A DNA stretch of 64,000 nt from Nitrosopumilus sp. (GCA_965203315.1 OZ241857.1:480001-544000), one strand, 5' to 3'. Counted from the first letter of the stretch, positions 8,156 through 18,540 are shown. A program made the numbers and translations. The notes: generated by a model not told the origin, from the letters alone.

Positions 8156-8326
8156 ATGCAGTTAGAAAGCGTAGATACACTCGTTTACGACGAGTATAAA
8201 CCGCTTGAGGGCTATGCCGTAACGTGCACGTCTTGTGGTTCTGAAGCAGAAGTACATACGCGCAAAAAGACGGGGCAGTCTTTTAGATGCTTTGTCTGTG
8301 AACCACGACGTACACGATTCGGCTAG
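8156..8326 (+). CDS. Small Zn-ribbon protein
   Basis: CTSC...CFVC; AGGTGA RBS before ATG 8156. Confidence 0.65.
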   Translation: MQLESVDTLVYDEYKPLEGYAVTCTSCGSEAEVHTRKKTGQSFRCFVCEPRRTRFG

Positions 8327-8534
8327 TTTCCGAGTTCACACATAGTGTGATGATTGACCAATACAAGATATTATATCTCGTAATTGTTACTACACATCTG
8401 TTAGTCACAAGTATAATATCACGTTTGGTTTAACCCATGTATTTTTTTAAAAATACAAAATAGTTTCCAAATCTACTATACCTAAATGGTTAGCTCGATG
8501 TAGATTTGAAACAGTCGTCTGAGATATCAGATAG

Positions 8535-8627
8535 AGAGACATGTGCCACAAGTATAGAAGGTACAAATGTACACGCGAGTCACCGCTGCTCGGCGGGCGT
8601 CTATACTGTGTGGATATAAAAAGGAGG
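8535..8627 (+). promoter_or_regulatory. Pseudoknot leader motif copy 6 plus RBS
   Basis: ccaca-agtataga / tctatact-gtgtgg stem; hairpin ccgc-tgctcg-gcgg; GGAGG at 8623. Confidence 0.65.
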
Positions 8628-8634
8628 AATCCAA

Positions 8635-9903
8635 ATGAGCAAATTACACACAATCGTTGGTTTCAAACAGACCAACAAAGTTGTTCATAAATTGAACAGC
8701 AAAGCTGTTTCCAATGGAAGCAGAATAGTCTTGAATAGAGACTATCAAAAGAGTACACGCAAAAACTATAAGAGAATTGGCAAGAAAGAGCAATTCGACA
8801 TACCTGAACAGAAACTGTTGCAAAAGATGCAAAAGTTTCTCTACCAAAATACAACGTACAGAGGCAAACCACGCAAGATCGTCTACAACAAGATAACCAA
8901 AGAGGATAGAATGGTCATAGTGTTTTCTATAAAGGTCACTCTACAGTATGATCCGCCATCGATATGGGCCATAAAGATATTTGATCAGAGTGATCACATA
9001 GTACACTATGAAGAAGAAAAGCCAGTAGAGACATTCAAGGTTATAGTAGGTGTATATGATCAAAGCAAGCTGTACTGTATGCGTACTAGAAAGTTTAGAA
9101 TGCCGACAAAATATGACAAAGTATATGATCCAAACGATCTAGTCAGTATACGTGACAGTCACTTATGTACATCCTGCAACAGATGGTACAAGAGTCCCGA
9201 TTCAGACAAGTGTTTCTGTGGCACTCCACTAAAAAAGATAGAAAGAGTATGTCACAAAGACAACATACAGTATGATGATGAATATTTGATCGAAAAGAGA
9301 TGTCTGCAAGAGATCGAGTATCAATCTGTCGCACCGCGTCGCAGATCATCTAATCGTAGAACAACTGATAGTGAGTTTGTACCACAGTACACAACAAATA
9401 CAGTACTAGACCACTTGGACATAGAACTAGAAGATGAACCACCAGTACCGCTAACAGTACAACAGAGTGCCGCACAGAACAAGCTAGATTACATCTGGAA
9501 CAAGAACTGCGTTCTAGGAAAGACGTGCATCATAAAGCAGTACGGCGAATACAAGATGTCACCTGATCCCGAAAATCAGCAAGCACTACGTTCGCACATA
9601 TACAACTGTACAAAAGATCCAAATCGCAATCTGTTCGATGTTGTAGTTGATGAGACCGAGTCTGTAAAAACGTCCACGATATCATCTACAGATTCACAAC
9701 CAGATCTATATCACAGAGACCCAGAAAAGATAAGAAACGATCTAGTTACACACGACTTTGAACTATCTCAAGATGAGATCGAACTGCTAGATGTACCATA
9801 CTGTACACTAGACTGTGATGGTAAAAACAGATTTTGGAACCTAGTCAACAAGGCTCGTCGCAACCAGAAACAGTTCAACGTTGTATACAAACTTGTACAA
9901 TAG
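8635..9903 (+). CDS. Hypothetical protein with internal Zn ribbon
   Basis: 422 aa, strong RBS, CTSC..CFCG motif. Confidence 0.75.
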   Translation: MSKLHTIVGFKQTNKVVHKLNSKAVSNGSRIVLNRDYQKSTRKNYKRIGKKEQFDIPEQKLLQKMQKFLYQNTTYRGKPRKIVYNKITKEDRMVIVFSIKVTLQYDPPSIWAIKIFDQSDHIVHYEEEKPVETFKVIVGVYDQSKLYCMRTRKFRMPTKYDKVYDPNDLVSIRDSHLCTSCNRWYKSPDSDKCFCGTPLKKIERVCHKDNIQYDDEYLIEKRCLQEIEYQSVAPRRRSSNRRTTDSEFVPQYTTNTVLDHLDIELEDEPPVPLTVQQSAAQNKLDYIWNKNCVLGKTCIIKQYGEYKMSPDPENQQALRSHIYNCTKDPNRNLFDVVVDETESVKTSTISSTDSQPDLYHRDPEKIRNDLVTHDFELSQDEIELLDVPYCTLDCDGKNRFWNLVNKARRNQKQFNVVYKLVQ

Positions 9904-9948
9904 AGATGGCGTGTATCTCAAACCCACATCCCATTTTTGAGGATAAAA

Positions 9949-10770
9949 ATGAGTCAAGTAAGAACCTCTGAGAAAGCCAGAGAGATACTAGTCGAACTAG
10001 CAGAAAAGTTCGGCAAGACCGAATTCGTAGACAGTTCGGCCAAGATGTTGATAGATGCTCGTACATATGCAAAGCCATCGAGCTCATGGTCATTGGGTAA
10101 TCAACTAGCAATGTACTTTGGTGGTACCATGGATGCAAGAGGATACAATCAATGGAACGCAGTAGGACGACATGTCAAGAAAGGAGCAAAGGCAATCTAC
10201 ATTCTAGGTCCAATGACTAGAAAGATCGAGCCCAAGGAGGGTGAAGACGAACGAATCATAATAACTGGATTTAGAGCGATACCCGTATTCCGATTCGAAG
10301 ATACAAAAGGTAAACCACTAAAAGAGTACAAACCCAAGACACTTCCACCGTTGTATCATCTAGCAGAAGAGAATGATATCAAGGTAGAGTATATCGAATC
10401 TAGACATGGTGAATATGGTTCGATACACATTCCAACAAAGAACATGACGCTGAGTACAGAGTCGCCGGATACGTTCTTGCACGAACTGATGCATCTATAC
10501 GACAACAAGAGTCAAGAACTGAAACCAGGACAAGACCCCATACAAGAGACTGTAGCACAGCTTGGTGCATGTGTTCTAGCCAAGATGTATGGATATGACG
10601 TAGAGGCACATACATGGAACTATATCTCAGCATATGCGGGTTCAAAAGATCCCAAAGCTGTTGGCAACATGTGCTTCAAGGTATTACAACGTGTTCAGCT
10701 AGCAATAAACAAGATACTAGATGATGCACAAGAACTGAAACCAATCGAGGCAAGTATAACAAAGATGTAG
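9949..10770 (+). CDS. ArdC-like ssDNA-binding/antirestriction protein with zincin-like domain
   Basis: WSLGNQL..RGYNQWNAVGRHVKKGAKAIYIL..FRAIPVFRFEDTKG (ArdC N-domain pattern) and HELMH. Confidence 0.85.
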   Translation: MSQVRTSEKAREILVELAEKFGKTEFVDSSAKMLIDARTYAKPSSSWSLGNQLAMYFGGTMDARGYNQWNAVGRHVKKGAKAIYILGPMTRKIEPKEGEDERIIITGFRAIPVFRFEDTKGKPLKEYKPKTLPPLYHLAEENDIKVEYIESRHGEYGSIHIPTKNMTLSTESPDTFLHELMHLYDNKSQELKPGQDPIQETVAQLGACVLAKMYGYDVEAHTWNYISAYAGSKDPKAVGNMCFKVLQRVQLAINKILDDAQELKPIEASITKM

Positions 10771-11133
10771 TGTATCATGTACTATATCTGATATTGTACA
10801 CACAATATCACAAAACATGATAGTGGTGTACGGCACACCATCTTTACAAAAAAATGTTGAGATACTTTTGATACCAAAAGTATACTCCAGGAAAATCCCC
10901 TGATGATTTCACCAATTATGTAATTGGTGAATGCTCAAAATGTCTTGTAATAACAAACATTTTGGGTTGGCTCTGTCCTGTATGGGCATTGCCGAAACTA
11001 TACTCGTTAGTACGAGTATGGTCGGGAAGATGGAATCAAAAAACATTTGAACATAAATTGTGCTGTATATCGAGTACACTAATTTCAAATGTAAACGATA
11101 TAATTCGCTGGTACGGCGAGTATTCATCTTTTC

Positions 11134-11214
11134 AGAGTCATGCGCCACAGATGCAGCTAGTACCATAGCGCTGCAACTCTGCAGAGCTGTATCGTGTGGT
11201 TTTCCAAAAGGAGG
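11134..11214 (+). promoter_or_regulatory. Pseudoknot leader motif copy 7 plus RBS
   Basis: agagt-cat; ccaca-gatgcagct / agctgtatc-gtgtgg; hairpin ctgc-aactct-gcag with loop complementary to agagt. Confidence 0.7.
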
Positions 11215-11220
11215 AATAGT

Positions 11221-11343
11221 ATGAGTACAAAATCTACAATAAAAGACACTAGATTGGAGCGCCGCGTAGATGGGCGTTATGAGACTCTGGTGCAGATCAA
11301 ATTGTTGAACAATTCAAACATTCTCATAAGATATGAGATATGA
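11221..11343 (+). CDS. 40-aa small protein
   Basis: GGAGG RBS; stop overlaps next start (ATGA). Confidence 0.55.
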   Translation: MSTKSTIKDTRLERRVDGRYETLVQIKLLNNSNILIRYEI

Positions 11344-11606
11344 GCCATGAAAAGTTCACGCCTAAAGACTTGACAATAATCCCAAAGGATTGTAGTGTAT
11401 GTGATGGGTGTAACAAACAACTTACGGATGAAAACTTTGTTGCGATTCAAGACTGTGTGTGGTTTGAAGGATATCTGTACTGTCAAGGTTGTGAACAGAG
11501 ATACAGGCCAAAAGATGTTGGCTTGTCACTAATTAAACGTATCTGTATGGGTGATGATCTATCCGATACAGAACTTGCAAAACCAATAGTGATAGAGTCA
11601 TGGTAA
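11340..11606 (+). CDS. Small Zn-finger protein
   Basis: CDGC...CQGC. Confidence 0.7.
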   Translation: MSHEKFTPKDLTIIPKDCSVCDGCNKQLTDENFVAIQDCVWFEGYLYCQGCEQRYRPKDVGLSLIKRICMGDDLSDTELAKPIVIESW

Positions 11607-11667
11607 TAGCACATAATGTCGTTGTAAACACAATCTACAAATCTAAAAACCAACTTGATACAACAGC

Positions 11668-11883
11668 TTGTACGTATACACAATGACTGCAGTAGAGAAG
11701 GCAATAGAGTTGCTAGAGGGGCACCCATTCTATAACGTCCTAGTTGAATATGTTGCAACAAAAGCCACAAGATATACTCAAGCAAAGATCATATTTGACA
11801 AGAGACTTGGAGCAAGTTCAGGAACAGAAAATATGATACGTGATGCAGTATTTGATGCATTAAAACAGAGGCATGTGAGATGA
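11668..11883 (+). CDS. Hypothetical protein
   Basis: Co-oriented; stop overlaps nuclease start. Confidence 0.6.
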   Translation: MYVYTMTAVEKAIELLEGHPFYNVLVEYVATKATRYTQAKIIFDKRLGASSGTENMIRDAVFDALKQRHVR

Positions 11884-12470
11884 GATTTCGATATGGGACT
11901 ATTGGTGTTGTTGTGTTGTGTATGGGGCTAGTATTATTTGCAGCTAGTGTATTACCAAACTATCAATCAAACATAGATAAAGCCACAAACGAGATATCTG
12001 GCATAGATAGAACAACACCAAACGTTGAATCAAGTCAGGATAAAACACCAAACACCAACATCAATATAGATAGAACAACAAACATCGAAACAGATATCAC
12101 AGAACGAGATACCAGCTGCTCAATGTGTTATACGGGTATCGTAACTAGAATAGTTGACGGAGATACAATTCATGTAGATGATAATATAATACGACTTGCG
12201 ATGGTCGATACTCCTGAACGAGGTGAGTCAAACTATGCTGCCGCAACTGCACATACTAGATCTACATGCCCTATTGGTACAACAGCACTAGTTGATATAG
12301 ATGATCTGCAGATACAAGATCGTTATGGCAGACAGATAGCAAAGGTGACTTGCAGCGGTACAATACTGAACGAATCACTACTAGTATCAAATCTCGCAGA
12401 CGTGTATCACTACTTTTGTTCAAGGTCAGAGTTTGCGAGTGAACCTTGGTTGAACAACGAATGCACATAG
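11880..12470 (+). CDS. Secreted/anchored thermonuclease (SNase family)
   Basis: N-terminal hydrophobic helix; VTRIVDGDTI, IRLAMVDTPE, DRYGR motifs. Confidence 0.92.
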   Translation: MRFRYGTIGVVVLCMGLVLFAASVLPNYQSNIDKATNEISGIDRTTPNVESSQDKTPNTNINIDRTTNIETDITERDTSCSMCYTGIVTRIVDGDTIHVDDNIIRLAMVDTPERGESNYAAATAHTRSTCPIGTTALVDIDDLQIQDRYGRQIAKVTCSGTILNESLLVSNLADVYHYFCSRSEFASEPWLNNECT

Positions 12471-12482
12471 GATCAGTATCAT

Positions 12483-12625
12483 AGACTGTATGCGTATTTC
12501 TTGTATCTTACGCACATTTTAAGATACAATAAAACACGGGTGTAATTTCTAGAGGCAAATTGATTCATTGTTATCGTGTTTGATGATTGGACATAGGCAC
12601 ACCCTTAATAATACGCATACAGTCT
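12483..12625. mobile_element. MITE, about 143 bp (family 1)
   Basis: TIR agactgtatgcgtatt; homologous copies at 21470, 47563, 55596. Confidence 0.85.
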
Positions 12626-12626
12626 C

Positions 12627-12938
12627 ATGAATGAGATAACTAGCATAGTCGAGATGATAAAACACAAGGCAACCACACATATCTTGAGTGAAGTCAATTG
12701 GTATGAGATATCTCAGAGATACAAAGATGACATTCAAGAGCTAACAGACAAAGTCAAAGAGGAACAAGAATCGCTCCGCGAAGATATAGAATATCAGACA
12801 AGAGAACTAGAAGATGTACTGGAACAGCTGTTAAACCTCTTTGCACATCAGAACAGATGGAATACAATACAACGTCAAGTAAAAAATGACTTGGAGAATA
12901 GTACACAGCGAGTCTACAATCTAGACCAAAAGGACTAG
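12627..12938 (+). CDS. Coiled-coil hypothetical protein
   Basis: 103 aa; 5' end abuts the MITE, so it may be truncated. Confidence 0.6.
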   Translation: MNEITSIVEMIKHKATTHILSEVNWYEISQRYKDDIQELTDKVKEEQESLREDIEYQTRELEDVLEQLLNLFAHQNRWNTIQRQVKNDLENSTQRVYNLDQKD

Positions 12939-13077
12939 CACGCCAAAGTGTAGAGACGCTATCTCTTGCGCAATCAGTATCCTACTGCATAATATCATAT
13001 GATATCACATGATATCGTACTAGGACTGCTGCTCGGCAGGATTGCATGCGAAGAGATTCTTACAAGGAGGTGAAAGT
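12922..13077 (+). repeat. Dispersed ~145-bp intergenic repeat / leader copy 8
   Basis: tagaccaaaaggactagcacgccaaagtg...ctgc-tgctcg-gcag...GGAGG. Confidence 0.9.
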
Positions 13078-13674
13078 ATGAGAATAAGAAAGAGTATCTC
13101 AAACAAGATACAATCCTTTAGCGAGTCTATTGCTAAAGAGACTGTATATAGGATCGTGATGTTTGCAGGAATAGCTCTAACTGGATATGGAATTTATCTA
13201 CAAGACATAGCAATAATCATATCTGGATCAGCTTTAATAACTGCAAGTGTCATAGGTATAGTAATGTCTATGCAGACCAACAAGATTGCACATACTATCT
13301 ATGAGCGATTTGATAGACAAGATAAATTGGCGGATATGCGCCACAAAGAGACAATATCAGTACTAAAAGAGATGATGTCAGTACTAAAAGAGATAGTTAC
13401 ACTGCTAAAAGATAGCAAAGAATGTAACGAAAGAATGAGTCAAACACTAGACAGAATCGACAAAAACACAAGTAAACTAGACAGAATCGACAAAAACACA
13501 AGTAAACTAGACAGAATCGACAAAAACACAAGTAAACTAGACAGAATCGACAAAAACACAAGTAAACTAGACAGAATCGACAAAAACACAAGTAAACTAG
13601 ACAGAATCGACAAAAACACAAGTAAACTAGACAGAATCGACAAAAACACAAGTAAACTAGCTGAGAAACTGTAA
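13078..13674 (+). CDS. 2TM + coiled-coil paralog with 7 x 30-bp tandem repeat (LDRIDKNTSK)
   Basis: GGAGG RBS; perfect 30-bp repeats at about 13447-13656. Confidence 0.85.
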   Translation: MRIRKSISNKIQSFSESIAKETVYRIVMFAGIALTGYGIYLQDIAIIISGSALITASVIGIVMSMQTNKIAHTIYERFDRQDKLADMRHKETISVLKEMMSVLKEIVTLLKDSKECNERMSQTLDRIDKNTSKLDRIDKNTSKLDRIDKNTSKLDRIDKNTSKLDRIDKNTSKLDRIDKNTSKLDRIDKNTSKLAEKL

Positions 13675-13817
13675 TAGACCAAAAGGACTACACGCCAAAG
13701 TGTAGAGACGTTATCTCTTGCGCAATCAATATCTTACTGTATAATATCGTATAATATCGTACTAGGACTGCTGCTCGGCAGGATTGCATGCGAAGAGATT
13801 CTTACAGGAGGTAAGAG
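13675..13817 (+). repeat. Dispersed intergenic repeat / leader copy 9
   Basis: Near-identical to 12922-13077. Confidence 0.9.
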
Positions 13818-13906
13818 ATGAAAGAAAAAGATACTGGCAAAGTGCCAGATTGGATAGGTATGCCAGAACGTGTACCTTGTAGGCAACTATATCGGAATAG
13901 AACAAG

Positions 13907-14335
13907 ATGAATCGAGAAAGAACGTTAGAGAACATCCGTCGTCTCGGTAATACGTTAGCAAAGAATCAACTGTATACCGCAATATTGATGATCGGTACTG
14001 GTATGCTCACATCAGCTCTTGTTATTGATGATACACTCTTGTTATCGATAGGAATATCCTTTATAATTGCGAGTGTCGTAGGAATAATAATGGCATGGCA
14101 GACCAAAGAGATTGCAGCTGATCTACATCAACGATTTGATAGAATAGAAGATATTCTAAAGTCGAACCATAAAGAAGCTATGCACAACCATAAAGAGACT
14201 ATGAATAATCATAAAGAAGCTATGCAAAAACACAACGAAACCATATCTATTCTGAACAAGATGGTTGTTGTACTTGAACAAATCAAGACAGAGCTTAGAG
14301 AGATCAAAGAATCAAGTAAACCAGAAAAGAGATAG
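13907..14335 (+). CDS. 2TM + coiled-coil paralog
   Basis: IGISFIIASVVGIIMAWQT..IA..RFD family motif; preceded by 30-aa ORF 13818-13910. Confidence 0.85.
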   Translation: MNRERTLENIRRLGNTLAKNQLYTAILMIGTGMLTSALVIDDTLLLSIGISFIIASVVGIIMAWQTKEIAADLHQRFDRIEDILKSNHKEAMHNHKETMNNHKEAMQKHNETISILNKMVVVLEQIKTELREIKESSKPEKR

Positions 14336-14478
14336 ACCAAAAGGACTAGCACGCCAAAGTGTAGAGCCGTTATCTCTTGCGCAATCAGTATCCTACTGTA
14401 TAATATTGTATAATATCGTACTAGGACTGCTGCTCGGCAGGATTGTATGCGAAGAGATTACCTATGGAGGTAGGAAAT
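14333..14478 (+). repeat. Dispersed intergenic repeat / leader copy 10
   Basis: Same repeat ending GGAGGtaggaaat-ATG. Confidence 0.9.
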
Positions 14479-14661
14479 ATGAAAACAAAGAGTATTCCGA
14501 GTGTAAAATCACTCTGGCGCTGCCCCATGTGTGCAGCAAAAACAGCCCTCGATATAGAGGGCAAATTAGGACAGACAAAGAGATTTGATTGTTCTAGATC
14601 AGATTGTTGGAACAAAGTCCAACATTGCGTAAAAAACAAAGAGATAGAAAATGTCGTATAG
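14479..14661 (+). CDS. Small Zn-finger protein
   Basis: CPMC...CSRSDC; RBS supplied by the repeat. Confidence 0.7.
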   Translation: MKTKSIPSVKSLWRCPMCAAKTALDIEGKLGQTKRFDCSRSDCWNKVQHCVKNKEIENVV

Positions 14662-14953
14662 TCATCTAACACTTGAGAATCTACCACAAGTGTGGGAGTA
14701 CATCAAGAAGACAAGAGACTGCAAAGATGCAATACTAGGTATTCATTTACCTTGCGAAAATGTTACTGAAATAGAGATAGATGACTTTGTAGACCTGTTA
14801 AAGATGGTCATGCAAAAGTATGATGACCACGCAAACATTACAGTCAATGCTTCGATTGGGGTCGATTGTGATTGTGGTACACAACATCTAGTTCCAATGA
14901 ATAACATTGTCGAGTACATAGAGAAATACTATAACAAGGCAATAGAGGCATGA
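14651..14953 (+). CDS. Hypothetical protein
   Basis: Overlapping operon-like gene string. Confidence 0.7.
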   Translation: MSYSHLTLENLPQVWEYIKKTRDCKDAILGIHLPCENVTEIEIDDFVDLLKMVMQKYDDHANITVNASIGVDCDCGTQHLVPMNNIVEYIEKYYNKAIEA

Positions 14954-15405
14954 AGATAAAATACTACAACCATACCGTATGTCTAGAAGACTATGACCCA
15001 GAATATAATGCAGTTGGAGAGTTATCAGATGGTCATCCAGATCCAAATCAAGAACATACTTGGGAATCAGAGAGAGATCTAATAGACTGGAACATGAATT
15101 GGATAGAAGGACTCTACAAAGAGATGTGGCGACTAACAAGTCTCTGTGATACCAAAAAAGCAATATGGAAGGCCTATACAAGTTGGCAAGATGCGATACA
15201 CTACACACAAGAGATAGTAAATCACATACGAGATGTAACAGCAAGTAGAGATCCAGACTATAAAGAAGACAATCCAGAACTAAAAGAGATCAATGACTGG
15301 TACACAATGTGCCAAAAATGTATGAAACAGACAACGTTCTACATGCAAGACGAGACCAACTGTGGAACTTGGTATTGCAGCGTATGCAAACACATGAAAA
15401 CATAG
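14950..15405 (+). CDS. Hypothetical protein with C-terminal Zn ribbon
   Basis: CQKC...CSVC; ATGA overlap. Confidence 0.7.
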   Translation: MKIKYYNHTVCLEDYDPEYNAVGELSDGHPDPNQEHTWESERDLIDWNMNWIEGLYKEMWRLTSLCDTKKAIWKAYTSWQDAIHYTQEIVNHIRDVTASRDPDYKEDNPELKEINDWYTMCQKCMKQTTFYMQDETNCGTWYCSVCKHMKT

Positions 15406-15416
15406 GAGGTAACAAA

Positions 15417-15635
15417 ATGACCAACGAATGTGTATCCTGGCATGTAAAGATAGAACGTGCTGGTGATGATAGAGAACCATGTACGCGATGTCATACACCA
15501 TTTGATGATCCAAATGGAGAGGCATGGGTACTAGTTGTAGAGCAAGATGGACTGTGTCAAGAGTCCAAAGCACAATGTGAGAAATGTATGAGAAAGTTCA
15601 TGAAAGAAGCCCAGGAAGCAGATGAACATGAATGA
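15417..15635 (+). CDS. Small Zn-finger protein
   Basis: GGAGG RBS; CTRC...CEKC. Confidence 0.7.
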   Translation: MTNECVSWHVKIERAGDDREPCTRCHTPFDDPNGEAWVLVVEQDGLCQESKAQCEKCMRKFMKEAQEADEHE

Positions 15636-15843
15636 GTTAGAAAAACTAGCAATCCAACTGGATCAGAAACTACGAGCGCTAGAATGGGAAGAGAATAGAT
15701 TTCAAGAACTCAAACTAGACTATCGTGCAGATAGTAAAGTAGCGAGTATATTTCTCAGACTACACCAAGTAAGAGACGAATTAGCAGAACTAACCCCTGA
15801 TGACTATGAATCATGCAACATACGGTGGAGAGATATAGAATGA
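15622..15843 (+). CDS. Small coiled-coil hypothetical protein
   Basis: Coupled ORF in operon. Confidence 0.65.
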   Translation: MNMNELEKLAIQLDQKLRALEWEENRFQELKLDYRADSKVASIFLRLHQVRDELAELTPDDYESCNIRWRDIE

Positions 15844-16058
15844 CATTCTCAAACCCATATTGGAATCTACGTGTATTACACGCCAAAGACGGATCAGGCT
15901 GGACAAACGTTGGATTTGAGAGCTATGATGAAGTTATAGAACATATGCACAAACTCAAAGAAAAACACGCACCTCTGATATACTGTATAGAGAGAATAGA
16001 CGATTACGGCACAGAATACGTAAAGAAAACGATCCTAGAGTGTGAGGAATTGCACTGA
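15840..16058 (+). CDS. Hypothetical protein
   Basis: ATGA overlap; further small coupled ORFs follow (16058-16156, 16156-16323). Confidence 0.6.
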   Translation: MTFSNPYWNLRVLHAKDGSGWTNVGFESYDEVIEHMHKLKEKHAPLIYCIERIDDYGTEYVKKTILECEELH

Positions 16059-16480
16059 TGAAATATATAGAATGTAAACAATGCGATAAATCTATGGAAG
16101 AACACTGTGATTTCGTAGAGTTCTGTTCAGAAATGCTGTCTAGAGTATATGGTTGATGAAAATAACGGACATGGACATCTGTTTTATCTCTCTTGATGAA
16201 TCAGGAGAGATCAAAACAAAAAACATAGATTTAGGCAAACTAGAAGACATCAAGACAGAACAAGAATTTAAAGACAAGATAAAGGCAGAACTCGAGTCAG
16301 ACATAGTAGATGATAATGACTGAACTCGAAAATATGTGTACCGAGCTAGAGTATAGCTTGAAAAACATAGGCTTCCAAAAAGATAGATTCTACAAAAAAG
16401 GGGATCTGATACAAAGAATGATGATAGGAATAGTATTCCAAAACATCGAACAATCTAGAGATACTTGTCAGGTCTAACAG

Positions 16481-16777
16481 GTGAATATCATGAATAAAAC
16501 CATGTCAATGCTCTTTGAAACAAGTATCAAAAAATGGCGACATCCAGTGAAACAAGACAAATTCTCCGATAGGTTTCAGGAATGGGTAAAAATTATAAAC
16601 CCTGATTATGTCTATCAAGAAATTCAACGACAGATAGCAATGTCTAATGAAAATATAGCAAATCGTCAAGAAGAACTAGAAACCGCATTAAAGAACTTGG
16701 ATACAGCCATTAGTGAGCGAGAATATTGGTTACATTGCAGATACATCTATGAAAACTCGGTGATGTGTAGTGACTGA
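16481..16777 (+). CDS. Hypothetical protein
   Basis: Co-oriented ORF overlapping the next gene. Confidence 0.6.
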   Translation: MNIMNKTMSMLFETSIKKWRHPVKQDKFSDRFQEWVKIINPDYVYQEIQRQIAMSNENIANRQEELETALKNLDTAISEREYWLHCRYIYENSVMCSD

Positions 16778-17102
16778 GTTAGACCTAACCAAACTCGGAT
16801 ACAGAGAGATAGCAATAGTAAGAGACTTGTTAGGTTGTGTAATGAATAACAGATACACACACCTTGCCAAAGCAAACTTTGATGACTCTCAAATCAAAAT
16901 AGGAATAGATATAGACAAATGTGTATTTCTGTTTAACGAAGATGGTAAAGTCCTAGTAGAATACAACAACAAACTACATCTGGTCGTAACATGTTCTGAA
17001 TGTGGTAACGAAGCAATAGAGACGGACTGGGTACCAGAAAAAAACTGCAAAACCTGTCAAGTGATATCTGAATTCTATGCACTGTATGACCACTATTCAT
17101 AA
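16770..17102 (+). CDS. Hypothetical protein with Zn ribbon
   Basis: CSEC...CKTC. Confidence 0.7.
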   Translation: MTELDLTKLGYREIAIVRDLLGCVMNNRYTHLAKANFDDSQIKIGIDIDKCVFLFNEDGKVLVEYNNKLHLVVTCSECGNEAIETDWVPEKNCKTCQVISEFYALYDHYS

Positions 17103-17114
17103 CACTTCAAGGCA

Positions 17115-17486
17115 ATGACTAAAAGTACATACAATAGATACAAAACTCTCAAAAACGTATTCATAAAGCAACCATTCTATACCATGATGCTTGCATTTGG
17201 TATATTTGGAATGTTTGCATCAGAGTGGAACATATACCAAGATCCAAATCTGCTACTCACGATTGGCATAGCTTTTATTAGTTCAAGTGTGGTAGGACTA
17301 GTTATGGCTTGGCACAGTGATAGAATAGCAAGTACATTGCATGAGCGATTTGATGAACAGAACGAGATCATGAAGTCAAATCACAAAGAGAGTATGTCTG
17401 TACTCAACAAGATGGTCGATGTACTTGAGCAAATCAAAACAGAGCTTAAAGAGATCAAAGAATCAAGTAAACCAGAAAATAGATAG
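17115..17486 (+). CDS. 2TM + coiled-coil paralog
   Basis: IGIAFISSSVVGLVMAWHS..IA..ERFD; C-terminus near-identical to 13907-14335. Confidence 0.85.
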   Translation: MTKSTYNRYKTLKNVFIKQPFYTMMLAFGIFGMFASEWNIYQDPNLLLTIGIAFISSSVVGLVMAWHSDRIASTLHERFDEQNEIMKSNHKESMSVLNKMVDVLEQIKTELKEIKESSKPENR

Positions 17487-17634
17487 ACCAAAAGGACTAG
17501 CACGCCAAAGTGTAGAGCCTTTATCTCTTGCGTAATCAATATTCTGTGTACAATATACGATATACGATATTGTACAACAGAACTGCTGCTCGGCAGGATT
17601 GTATGTGAAGAGATTCCCTATGGAGGTAGGAAAT
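17484..17634 (+). repeat. Dispersed intergenic repeat / leader copy 11
   Basis: Same repeat with different but still paired inner arm tgtacaatat/atattgtaca. Confidence 0.9.
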
Positions 17635-18540
17635 ATGAACAAAAATATGAATGGCTCATCAGAGCCAATACAGAACATTCGTGTTCTACCAATAAATCCG
17701 GTGGAGTTTATTCCAAGGAATGTCCCACGATTTATTGAGACTCGTAACGAGTCTGCAAGACTCCAAGTTGCAATGGAGTCAACTGATCCGCTACTTTTGG
17801 TTGGACCAAAAGGAATCGGAAAGACACTCTGCATTGATGCATTTGCAGCAAAGCTCAATGTACCGCTGATTCGATATGACTGTTCAGATGGTACGAAAAA
17901 GTTTGATCTCTATGGACGATTTACTATAATCGGACATGAGACGGTGTACAAACCCGGCATACTAGCTACTGCTATAGAGACAGCAAACCAGTTCGGTACA
18001 GCCGTTCTAGTACTAGAAGAGGTAAATGCGCTAAACGGTGCAATGCAAAAGGTACTGAACTCGCTATTAGATTATCGTCATTCGTTGATGATAGAAGAGT
18101 TGAACAAGGTGTATTCATTGAGAGATGGTGCCAATCTCTTGATATGTGCTACAATGAATCCCAGTACGTATGGTGGCACAAACGAACTGAACGAAGATCT
18201 AAAGTCTAGATTTGCCATCTGGAAGTGGAAGTATCCTGAAGAGAATGAAGAACGTGAAATACTCAACACACAAGGTATCCCAGAGTTGTTTGTAACTCGA
18301 ATGTTACAGTTTGCTCAAGATACGAGAAATACTGCAGCTGCAGGAAAGATAGAATATGCGCTATCACCACGTGATCTAGACATGTTCTTTAGACGATACC
18401 GCATATATCTTGGCAGACCAGAGTTTGGACTCGATACCGTATTTGAAGAGTGCATCTTGAACAAGTATGATGCGGCATCAGATATAGAGTATATCAACGA
18501 TCGAAGACAGTCTATATTTGGCAAGGATGTATCAAGATAA
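17635..18540 (+). CDS. MoxR/CbbQ-type AAA+ ATPase
   Basis: Walker A GPKGIGKT, Walker B VLEEVN, ATMNP sensor, DLKSRF Arg finger. Confidence 0.92.
   Translation: MNKNMNGSSEPIQNIRVLPINPVEFIPRNVPRFIETRNESARLQVAMESTDPLLLVGPKGIGKTLCIDAFAAKLNVPLIRYDCSDGTKKFDLYGRFTIIGHETVYKPGILATAIETANQFGTAVLVLEEVNALNGAMQKVLNSLLDYRHSLMIEELNKVYSLRDGANLLICATMNPSTYGGTNELNEDLKSRFAIWKWKYPEENEEREILNTQGIPELFVTRMLQFAQDTRNTAAAGKIEYALSPRDLDMFFRRYRIYLGRPEFGLDTVFEECILNKYDAASDIEYINDRRQSIFGKDVSR

Noticed and set aside
14265-14588. ORFs reading through the 145-bp repeats (also the 5' extensions at 13042, 17599, 20389)
   Set aside because: True starts follow the GGAGG at the repeat end; repeat indels do not keep frame
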